Of a stretch of 64,000 bases of DNA, positions 1-10,649 are shown one piece after another (position 1 is the stretch's first letter; the number at the start of each line of letters is the position of its first letter). Source of the DNA: Azolla caroliniana (lineage: Eukaryota > Plantae > Polypodiophyta); contig JBHGNT010000015.1 of assembly GCA_043228905.1 (NCBI GenBank), positions 1,612,001 to 1,676,000 on the forward strand, given 5' to 3'. The notes beneath the pieces are model-generated. The model was not told where the DNA came from and searched no databases. It saw nothing but the letters and a program-made list of their open reading frames with translations. A program made the position numbers and the translations under genes.

Positions 1-56
1 CGGTTGCCCTATTTAATTGGCTCAAACCAGTTAAGCCATTTATATACTTTTCAATT

Positions 57-92
<36 letters not shown>

Positions 93-466
93 ATTAGAAT
101 TAGAATTAGAATTTTTATCGTCCATAAAGAGGCCAATTTTGACCTATGGGTCCAGAGTATACATGTGTTCTTGATATATGTCTCCTTCCTAAGAAGCGGT
201 ATTCATACGTTGAAGCACAAAGTCTCTATGTGTTAGTAAAGCATACACATATGAGCTCAACCTTCTAGGTGGTGTCTTATGTATGGCACTTAAGTTATCA
301 CTCCCTCTTAGTATGTCAGCATATCTTGAACGAATTGCACTATATGTCGAGCATGTGAAGAGCAAGTGACATTCATCCTCTACCATGCCTTCATTGCATA
401 CTTTACCTGTCTTCAAATTCGTTACATTTTGATACCATGATGCACCTTCAATACCTAACTTGTGAT
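57..466 (-). mobile_element. 3' fragment of RTEX-like non-LTR retrotransposon (copy 1) with (TTCTAA)n/(TC)n tail
   Basis: Minus-strand translation SHHKLGIEG...KVCNEGMVEDECHLLFTC (C-terminal CCHC-type finger). The 3' end TAGGTCAAAATTGGCC...GACGATAAAAA is followed by (TTCTAA)3 and (TC)n. Confidence 0.7.
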
Positions 467-3400
467 GAGAGAGAGAGAGAGAGAGAGAGAAAGAAAGAAA
501 GAAAGAAATATTAACGTCTTTTAAGAGGCCAAAATGGCCTATAAGACCAAATAAGAGATTACATCTTTAAGTGTTGTCTCGTCTTTGAGAACAAATCAAA
601 ATAAAATAAATATTACACAGTAAATATAAAAGTAAATAACATGAAAAGAAAAGAAATGAGGGAATCTGGTTTTTGGCACATGTGAGATCCTCAAGTTAGG
701 TATATTGTAGCTTTTGTCTTCGAAAGATCTCTAGCATAGGTTGATCCAGAATGGAAATGTCTCTGAGTGAGGGAAGCACCTACGGTGGCGAGAGATAATG
801 GCTTTTATCTGTCGATGACAAGGGTGTCGAGGTCGTGGTTCATGGGGCTGAGGCCTACGTGCATGGCAAATTGCCATTGCCCGATCAATTGTAACCCCTT
901 TGTTATGTCCTGGTCTGAAGCCCATTTGTGTATCCCGGGGTTGACTTCTAGCATTAGGAGTGATGGGGTTAAAGAATGTTGTGATTGTTCTTTGTGGATG
1001 AGCTTGTGTGGCTGTATTCTTCAACAACTTTTCCCGATGTCTCTTGAGCTCTAGCAAGAAAAGTCCTAGGCATCGTTGGTCCTCATATTCCATTACCTTG
1101 CGTAGTGGGCCAAAGCCTTGTTTAAAGAGGCAATGGTATCTCCCTCTGATTTCATAAAAGACACTACAATGACAAACATACTGTTCTTCAGATTCCACTC
1201 CTTGATGACACAATTGACAAATTCTCTCTTCTAGAGGTAGTCCTGTATATCTGCCTACCTCAATCTGTAGCTGATGTGATGAAGTTTGCAGTTGCCCTAT
1301 CATACTACGCAGCGCATAGGATAGATGTATGTCCATATAAGGTGGCCTGATGACAAATCCATCCTCCGATGTATGTAAGAAGTGTGTCTTATAGTGGGCC
1401 ATCTTTGTACCAAGTGGTATTTTGGGGCTGATCCATGTTATCTTGTTTTCCAAGTTAATAATATCAGTTCAGATCACTCTATTCTTTTCCACTTTGGTCA
1501 TATTTAGATGGGGACAGTCCAAGCTAAATTGGAACGGGGGTAGTGCATTTATACTCATGCCATGTGACTCGAACCATTGCTGCCTTTTAGCATACCAACA
1601 ATGAGTGTCTCTATTTTCAGCCAATTGTTTTGATGACATAAGTGCCAACCTTGGGTACCTTCGTTTAGGGAGCTCCCAAAGACGTTGGATAAATGTCACA
1701 GATCGGAACAACGCCTCGGTTATTATAGGTGCTGCTCCCATCTCTGCCCGGATTATATTGTGGGGCACCGATGCTTTGCTCCTTATCATGCGAGCAATCA
1801 TTGACACTAAAGGTCTCTCTAAATCTTTCCAATGATTTGCCTTGTTAAGATTCGGTCCCCATGTCTCTACTCCATAGAGAAGAGTTGGTGTGACAAGTGT
1901 ATGAAATAACCATAGCTTAGTCCGTAGCTCTTGGAACTACAAATGTGCACATTGTCTCTCGAGAGCACCAAGGGCTGCATATGCACGAGAAAGTCGGGCA
2001 CAAGTGGCCTCTTGTAAGGAGAACCTAGGTCCTGTAAATGTTACGCCTAGGTATGTGTAGGAGTGTGTATTCCACCTTTTCCTCTCCCAAGAAGAATTCT
2101 GGTTCTGATCTTGTTACCCATGCTTGGGTGGTGTTAAACACCATCACTTTAGTTTTATTCATGTTGATTGACAAACCTTTGTCTGTACAAAATAGTTTCA
2201 AGGCATTTAGATGTCTTTGTAGTCCCTCCAAAGAGTTAGAAATCAAGACAATATCATCAGCATATAGTAATATTTGTATAGCTATACCTGCTACGTGTGC
2301 TCCGGAACCCCAAAATCTCTCTATGTATTGTGATACCTCATCTATATAGAGACCGAAGAGTGTGGGGGATAGTGGGCATCCTTCTTCACGCCAATTGTGC
2401 TAGCCACCGTCTCTGACAAGCCCTTAGAAGACCGCACTTTTCCTGACACAGATTCATAGAGTGCATAGATTCCCCATTGCATATCTATAGGAACACTAAG
2501 GGCTTCTAGCCGCTGCATAAGCTGAGCATGTGGCAATGTCAAAGGCTTTTTGGAAATCCACAAAGCAACAATAAATCCTCTTATTGTGGGTTTTGCCCTC
2601 CTCAATAAGGGCCCGGAGGGTGAATATGTGATCCAAAGTTGTGAATCCCTTCCGAAAGCCTGCTTGTCCAATTGAACGGCAACAATTTTGCTCTACCCAT
2701 ATACTCAAATTTGATTCTAGAATCGAGCCATATAGTTTAGCCAAGTAATGGCCAATCATGATTGTCCTATAGTTGCTTGGCATCATGGGGTCTCCACTCT
2801 TGAGGATTGGCACAATGATATGTTGAGTCCATCTAGTAGGAAAACCTTCACACATGGCTCTATTAAAGATGTGTGCTAGCAATGGGAGCAAGATGTCATA
2901 GGCATAGATAAAGTGCTCACCCACCAATCCATCATGATCTTGGGCCTTCCCAAATTGTAGCCGATCAATGGCATTTCTTACATTTTGTGGTGTAAAGAAG
3001 GTTGATTCATGTGGGCGTGAGGCATTTGGGTGGGGAAGAGGAGGTTGCCCTGGGATATCATATAGAACCTTTGCATATTCCTACCACACTTGAGGTGAGG
3101 TCAGTTGTGTGGTGGGTTGCCTCTCATTAAACATTTTCCATGCTCTTTTACTCTCTTGTCCTAGAAACAAGCGATACAAATGATCTTCAAATTTAGCCAA
3201 ATACAATCTCTTCTTCTTCCTCACGGGGCATTGGAAGGTTGCTCTCGCTTGGTTGTGTGTATAAATGCCCCGAGTTACATCACGCTGCAATATCTCCTTG
3301 TATCACAACATTCTCATCATACCAACTATTTTGTATTACTCTACCGAGTTTGGGGCGATTGGCCGTTGTGTGAGGGAATGCATTTGTGGCTGCTTTATGC

Positions 3401-3545
3401 AATGATTTGGATAAACCTTGGGTAAGTTCTTCAAGAGGTGCGAAAGGATCCAAATCTAGCATGCCATTGTATACACCACAACTATACACATCAATTGTCT
3501 CATGAGTGAATAGATACTTAGCCAACCCACTCTCCTTAGCATATA
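467..3545 (-). mobile_element. 5'-truncated, frameshifted RTEX-like LINE (RT plus C-terminal zinc finger)
   Basis: RT motifs across broken ORFs: PSNYRTIMI, QAGFRKGFTTLDHIFTLRALIE, CCFVDFQKAFD, CPLSPTLFGLY, LLYADDIVLIS. The C-terminus reads SSHQLQIEVGR...ERICQLC...ESEEQYVCHC, and the 3' tail is (TTTC)n(TC)n at 467-508. The clade call rests on the C-terminal motif only. Confidence 0.85.
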
Positions 3546-3549
3546 CATC

Positions 3550-4403
3550 CTTTGTGCATCCATCCTATCACACTTAGAAAATTCTTATCCTTCCCCCCAC
3601 CTCTTCTACTTCACTAGGTATATAGACGATGCCTTTGGAGTATGGACATGCACCAAACCTCAACTTTTAGACTTCCTAAAATTCTATGGTGACACCACCA
3701 ATAATTCTATTAGACTCACCATACAAACCTCTCCGATTAGGCTTCCCTTTCTAGATATATGGATCAACATTCTTAATAACAAATTCTCCTTTAACTGCTT
3801 TCAAAAGTCCCTTAATACCTATCAATACCTTCCTTTTTCCTCTAACCATCCTCTCCACGTAAAGCATAGCTTCATATCTAACGAGCTCAAAAGATACCTC
3901 ATTAGAGAAAGCACGCCCTTAGGCTATTCTAATATGAGAAACTTATTTTTTCGTAGACTTACTAAAAGAGGATACAAACACTCCTTTTTAAGCATAAAAC
4001 TAAAGCTTCTCTTACCCTAACCATTTTTAGACTAAGATATACCCATAACACCCCTAAACTAGGTATTCAAACTTTTCTAACTAACCTTAATAGTGATTTT
4101 ATTAAGGATCCCCAACCTCTAGTATGTTGGACTAAATCTAAAACCCTACACTCACTTTTAGTCCAAACTAAATTTACTAGATCCCCACGCACCCCACCAC
4201 CCTTACTTATCCCATAATCTATCCCTAGCATCCCCTTATCCTCCTTTAGTAGCCTCTTATAATACATTATCATACTCTCCCCTTATTACCCTCATTATTC
4301 CTTATCACCCCAATTATATCAACTCACCTTACATCATACCCCCTTACATCACATGCCCTTAAAACATACCCTTTTATACACCTTAACTACCCTTGATAGA
4401 CAT

Positions 4404-4461
<58 letters not shown>

Positions 4462-4680
4462 ACATGTCATTACTCTCACTCTTCCACTACCACACATTCA
4501 TTATATGCACTCATCACCCCCCCCTCTCTCTCTTACCCCATCTTCACCATATATATATCTCTATTTTGTAAAAACAAGGCCTATTGCACTGATGAGCTCG
4601 TATGAGCGAAACTAGTTTGTAATAAGGCCTTCCTTAATATAAGTTGTCTCAATTCTCTCTCTCTCTCTCTCTCTACTCTA
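3550..4680 (+). mobile_element. 5'-truncated Penelope-like element (PLE) fragment, probably Chlamys/Naiad-type
   Basis: An open frame 3541-4020 without an early ATG (absent from the ORF track) reads FYFTRYIDDAFGVW...LPFLDIWI...FQKSLNTYQYLPFSSNHP...FISNELKRY...RRLTKRGY. After a frameshift it continues PLVCWTKSKTLHSLLVQTKF. These match the PLE RT core and thumb. No C-terminal GIY-YIG is visible, and a hammerhead ribozyme lies downstream. Confidence 0.85.
4576..4631 (+). ncRNA. Minimal type I hammerhead ribozyme
   Basis: Stem I AAGGCC-TATTGCA (4576-4588) pairs with TGTAATA-A-GGCCTT (4618-4631). Core CTGATGA is at 4589-4595, stem II is GCTC-gtat-GAGC, GAAA is at 4608-4611, and stem III is the short palindrome AACTAGTT. 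The GUU triplet predicts cleavage after 4617. Confidence 0.9.
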
Positions 4681-4859
4681 CTCTTACACATTTCTCCTTT
4701 CTTTTCTTTTGGTATTTACCCTCCATCCAATAGTTTTGTCAAGAACCATTGCTCGCACTCCTTGGTTTTAGACCATTCGGTCTATAGATTAGAGAGAGAG
4801 AGAGAAATAAAGATGTCGCATCCTTACTATCCCAAAAACTAAGAGAAAAAAAAGTAGTT

Positions 4860-4955
4860 TAGGGCTTGGTTTGGTTCGGCTATGTTCAAGTTTGAACTCC
4901 AAACTAGGACAATTCCAAACCGGTTAAGCCAAAACCGAACCTTTGCCAATACCTA
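4860..4955. mobile_element. Short hAT-derived MITE remnant (AAACCG/CGGTT-rich)
   Basis: It begins TAGGGCTTGG and ends CCAATACCTA, with internal GGTTCGG, AAACCGGTTAAGCC and AAACCGAACC motifs like the ends of the hAT at 46019-50784. No TSD seen. Confidence 0.45.
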
Positions 4956-6102
4956 CTTCCCATTGAGATCATGGCCATGGAAAGGGCTGGCGAATACATG
5001 CTTAAAGTTCAAAAAAGTCCCCAGCATCAACTTCTTAGAATCTCATGGGAAGTGAGCAAAAAGATCCAAAAAACACAAAAAATAAATAAATTGTGATTTG
5101 GTTGGATGCAAAATGTGGAAAGATGGTTTGGAAGATGGGATGCAACACATTGGCTTTCATGATACCTCAAAAGTTTCCTTTGTGAATGAGGTTTTTTTAC
5201 ATAGCCAATGAATCATTACATGGGAAAACTGTGGATGCTCACATTGCACACTTTATACTACATATGTTGCACCTAACTACAAAAAACTTGGTCCTCATAT
5301 TTAATTTGTGTAAACAGTTTTTGTCTATCATATCTACAACCTCTAAGCTGCCTCATTTGTTTAATAGCTAGGGTTCAGAACTATCGTGAAGCAAAAAGAA
5401 AATTTATAGAATAAGAAAATTTGGTACTTGTGGATATGTATGCTCACATTGATGATGATTCACAAGGAGGCTCCCATCTTAGGATGCATCCATCAACAAT
5501 GGAAGTTGGGATCAAACATCCTTAGAGTGACTTTTGGATATTGTGTGAATCATGCAACCCATATATGATGTTACAAATTATTGATATGGAAAATAACACA
5601 TTGCCACTTGTCGACAATAAAGTTTTAACTTAAGATGAACTACAATTCATTTGACGTCAATATATGCATCTTTGCACGATAATAGTGATAATTGGTGGCC
5701 AGGTTCCTAAATAAAAAAATCTGCATATGCCAATTGTAATAGGGTATCTAGATAGTAAACAACTATTCATTTCAGAAGTTACAATGTGTACCATGTGTGA
5801 GTAATCAGTTGCTACAAAAAAAGAGCATCTATAAACATCTGAAAGTGTTCCACGTTTATGATGCATTGCATTAATTAAATAACTCATTAAGTGTATGAAA
5901 GGAGTTGCAAGCTTATAAAAGAAGCAATGAACCAAACATAAAAAAAATCATCTCATTTGCTAGGAACGTTTTCAACAATAAATCGATAAACTTCTTTTTC
6001 AATAGATTATGAAAGAAGAAATCATGCAAGTTCAGCATTACACAACGTTCTCAAAAACATATGAAACATGCGTGAGAATAACAAAATAGTGGTAAATCAT
6101 AC

Positions 6103-7662
6103 CTTCAAGAGGAATGCCATCTATTTGGAGCCTTGAGACTAATGATGCTGATGCTGTAGCACTATACCATGGCATCAAAGACTGTCCCATTGCAACAACC
6201 CCATGAACTCTACGCAAAACATTTCACCCAAACTCATCATGACTTTGAAATGTACATGGAATAAAAACACGACTTCACTTGTTAACATTGTTTTCCATCA
6301 TGTTAAGAGAAAAACCAAACAAAGATGGAAGAAAACATCCACAAACAGATCTTACAGTGACCAGTTATAGATAAAAATCTAACTGAGATAGTTAGAAAAC
6401 ATGGAATAGAACCATGATTCAAAATTTAAGACCACTTTTACCAAGTACGGAAAAACAACCAACAATGATTGGCGTCCACATATGGACCTTATGTTGATAA
6501 TAGAAAAACCAATTATGATGTTTAAAATGCGTGGATTAATGCCACAACTCTCGTTCTTAAGCCTGTTTCACCAAAGGTTGCAGAAAATATGACAACTGTG
6601 GAACAAAACATCTACATACTGAGCTTACATTAGGTTACAAACCAAAAACACTTAAGATATTGGAAAGACAAACAAAACGTAAAGAATGATGGTAAAAAAC
6701 ATTCATACACTGATCTTACATTGACAAGTGCAAACTCACCAGTCTATAAAGAAATAAATTGACTGAATTAAGAATAACAAAACGTCCCCTTCTACAGAAA
6801 TACCATGTGCAGAGCCGACGAAGATGGAACAAAATGATTAGATTTTACGAATTACAGGCAACAAAAACTACCTTGGAAAAGTCAAGATATACTGACCTTA
6901 CTTTGACACGTTACAGATGAAAAAGAGTAAATTTCGATGGAACAAGACAAGTGCAAAGTCATGGAAGGAATAACGCATTCCACATACTGAATTTACATTG
7001 ACGGATTTATTAAGGATACAAAAACCTAAGTACGATTGAAAATACAATATTACCGAATTTATATTGATGAGAGATACAAAAACCTAAGTACGATTGAAAA
7101 TACAATATTACCGAATTTATATCAATAAGAGATACAAAAACCTAAGTATGATTGAAAATACAATATTACCGAATTTATATTGATATGAAACAGATCCAAA
7201 TACTTAACTATGGTAGAAAAAGGAAACTGCAAAAAGGCAAAGAATGGTGCAACAGGGAATCCACAAACTTACCTTAGATTGACAAAGTTACAGAGCAAAG
7301 GGCTTAACTACGATTGAATAAGATAGCATAGGGACCGGACCTTGCATTGACAAGCTACAAAGCAAAAGATGTAATTATGATAGAAAATATAACATAAGGA
7401 ACCTGTGGAAGAAGAAAAAACAGACAAGACTTAAGGATGGAAGAACATAAGGCAAAAAAGGAAACTTGAGGAAAGGAACATACCTCCTGGGGGAAGGTAG
7501 AGAGCAGAACTTGAGATCCTTGGGGACAGAGGGGAGGGAGGGGGGGGAGGAGGAAGGATTCTTCAGTTGCTGAGAGGCGGCGCGACACTTGGGAGGGGAT
7601 GCGGATGACACGAACAAACGTCGGGCTACTGCTGCTCTCAGAATCATGAGCCTGTTCGCCAT
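6103..7662 (-). CDS. NFD6: NUCLEAR FUSION DEFECTIVE 6-like small organellar protein; exon 1 7662-7484, exon 2 6209-6103, terminal exon unresolved
   Basis: Exon 1 encodes an Arg/Ser/Ala-rich transit-peptide-like MANRLMILRAAVARRLFVSSAS. A GT-AG intron joins in frame to RVHGVVAMGQSLMPWYSATASASLVSRL, which resembles the NFD6-family motif (ES-x-LP-x-H-x-ATASA-x-L-x-S-x-L). Confidence 0.7.
6330..7390. repeat. Diverged tandem-repeat array filling NFD6-like intron 1, including a young 3 x ~59-bp block at ~7016-7185
   Basis: The unit ACTGA(C/T)CTTACATTGACAAGTTACA...AACTACGATTGAA recurs near 6349, 6618, 6710, 6891, 6986, 7271 and 7334. ATACAAAAACCTAAGTACGATTGAAAATACAATATTACCGAATTTATA is repeated three times almost exactly. 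Confidence 0.75.
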
Positions 7663-7835
7663 TGCAGAAATGCAGAGAGCCGAGCAGAACAAAAAGCCTC
7701 TCAATTTCTGTGTAGAAGAGAAGAGAAGAGAAGAGAAGAGAAGCAGGGGAGAGAGTAGTAGTGGGGTGGGGTTTTAAGCCATCAATTTCTGTGTTTCTCT
7801 ATGTCTCTCTAGACTCTGTTTCTCAATTCCTTCAC

Positions 7836-7886
7836 TATGTATGTATGTATGGTATCTATGGTATGTATGTATGTATGTATGTATCA

Positions 7887-7917
<31 letters not shown>

Positions 7918-8227
7918 TGTATGGTTTGGTATGGTATGGTATGGTATGGTATGTATGTAAGTAAGTATGTATTTATGTATGTATGTATGGTTTGGTATGG
8001 TATGGTATGGTATGGTATGTATGTAAGTAAGTATGTTGTATATGTATGTATGTATGGTGTATATGTATGGTATGTATGGTATGGTATGGTATGGTATGTA
8101 TGTAAGTATGTTGTATATGTATGTATGTATGGTGTATATGTATGGTATGTATGGTATGTATGTATGTATGTATGTTTGTGTATGGTGTATATGTATGGTA
8201 TGTATGGTATGTATGTATGTATGTATG

Positions 8228-8259
<32 letters not shown>

Positions 8260-8264
8260 TGGTG

Positions 8265-8296
<32 letters not shown>

Positions 8297-8410
8297 TATG
8301 TATGTATATGCATGTATGTATGTAAGTATGTTGTATATGTATGTATGTATATGCATGTATGTATTTATTTATATGTATGTATATGCATGTATGTGTGTCT
8401 ATATATATAT
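7836..8410. repeat. Compound (TATG)n/(TATGG)n microsatellite
   Basis: Directly visible; it generates the spurious YIHT/MYVC ORFs. Confidence 0.97.
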
Positions 8411-9299
8411 TTATGATGGTGCCGGAGAGGTTCATACGATGGTCGGCCAGACAAGTCATGTCCACTATTGTATGCTCATGCCGGCGCACCGACACTTTCT
8501 TACGAAACAAGCAAGATGGGACTCTCTATCTCTCATGTAACATATATAGCAAGACCAATCAAAGAAAGAGATGGTCGTGTAGGACCTGACAAGCACGTCG
8601 AGCTCAATGGGTAGGAATCGCTCGTGTCTATTATTATGCATCAAATCATAAATAGGGTTGGCAAGGGAATCACGGCCACAGACGATGTAGGTCGCTCATC
8701 TGATGGTGCGTGTGAATTTGCACTGTCCGAGTTTAAATTGTTAGAGGTTGCCCAACCACATGTATAAAAAAAACGCACGACCAATAAAGTTGTTAGAGGT
8801 CGCCCAATCGAGTTTAAATTGTGGTTGCCTAGTCGATGAAGCAAGTCACCCAACCGCATGTATCTTCAGAGTAAGTTGGTCGCCCAACCGAAGACTATAA
8901 AACCCTGAAACCTATCATTATCTCTCATTTTTTCAAACGAGATTGACGAGTTTTTTTGCCGGGAAAGTGATTTTTTTTAAGCAGCTTGCAATCAACATTT
9001 CCAGCAATCACATTTGCCATACTACTATTTCCTAGGTATGTATTGTGTTTGTCTCTATGTTTTCTGTTATTTTGTTTTTATGTGGTTGGCTTTTTCATGT
9101 CAATGGATTAGGGTTCGGGAGAAGGTTTTGGTTGATATTATGATATTAGCTTGATACAATGGCTTCAGATTAGAATGTTAGGGAGAAGGTTTAGGGTTTA
9201 GGGTGATAGTATGATTGTAGAAACGATTTAGTGTTTGGTTTGATACAATGGTTAGGTTTATTCTCAAAAACTGTTTAGAACATGTTTAGGTAATTGATC

Positions 9300-9500
9300 A
9301 TTAGAGATGTGTAATGGTTTACGATTTAATGCTTGATATTAGAATGTTAATGGTTTACAGTTGATATCATGATATTACCTTGATATTGATTATTAATGGT
9401 TTACAATGGATATTATGATATTAATGCTTGATATTAGAATGTTAATGGTTTATGGTTGATATTATGATATTAGGTTGATATTGATTATTAATGGTTTGGT
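9300..9500. repeat. AT-rich minisatellite inside the MULE
   Basis: TTGATATT(AGAATG/GATTA)TTAATGGTTT is repeated about 5 times. Confidence 0.8.
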
Positions 9501-10649
9501 CTCGTTGTATTATGTCAATCTTTATGTAACAAATGGTCTGGCGTATCTAACACATACAGAAACAACAAGTGCTCCTAGCCTAGACTCGTTGTATAAGGTT
9601 GGAAGAGATGCAAATGGGAACAAGGCTTGTGCATGTATTGTTGTCGTGGCGTGGCTTGCATAGAAGCGTAGCGTTGCGTAGACAAAAGATATCGTGAAAG
9701 TGAGGAAGGAATCACTGGGATTATGGACGAAAGAGTAGAAATAGAGTAAATAGAGATCAACAAGATATGACAAGATAGGATATTGAATGATATTTGAAGG
9801 AATAAAAGAGATTTATAATTATTTGATGAAAGAGTTACAAAAGTGGTTGTAAGCGTCGTTGATCCTTCGAACTTGGTCTCACAAGATAATCGCTCTTCTC
9901 TTTCTTGATAGTAGGCCACAACAATCTTCACTTCAATATTTTGATGAAGATAAGGCTCGAACCGCTTCCCTCTTGTTGAGAGTTGACCACCACGATCGCC
10001 AAGCTAGAGCTCCACCTTTATGTTGAACTTTTTCCTTTCTTTCTTTATTTTATGGTATCTCTTATGTAATATATATTTGATTGATATCTCATCCCTCTCC
10101 CCCCTTTGATCTTCTCTTTCACCATTTAAATAGGTGCCCCCATGCATATGATGCATTGGAGGGTACAAGTCATGCATGTAGTGCATGAAATGCATGTGAT
10201 GCATGATAGGCATCTCGCTCATTTGAGCTTTCATGTATGAAAATTTATATGGCATAAGAATAAACATGAAAATATAGTTTTAAAAACAAAGGACCTAGCC
10301 TAATGGTAGGTGTGTTGACTTTGGTATATGAGGTTGTGGGTTTGAGTCTCTCAAATTTATTGAATTTGCAACATGTAATATTGTTTTTATATCATGAAAA
10401 TCCTTTATTTTATATATATTATTAGTATAGAGTAAATGGTAAGATTTGAAAGTCATAGGGTGGGGTTATTGGTTCAAGTCCTCTCTTGTTCGTGTAACAT
10501 AATATATTTATCTATATATATATATTATTTTTCTTTACATATATATAATATTATCATATGTGTTGTTAATATTATCTTTATATATAAAACATTATCAAAT
10601 GTTATTTTAGTTACGTATTTATCTTATTGTAGACTTTTAATGTGAAGCT

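Noticed and set aside
5657-5965. Candidate last exon of the NFD6-like gene
   Set aside because: Several possible AG acceptors and no recognisable motif; it cannot be chosen without transcripts.
7761-8589. Many overlapping ORFs (YIHT/MYVC-rich)
   Set aside because: Translations of the (TATG)n microsatellite, not genes.
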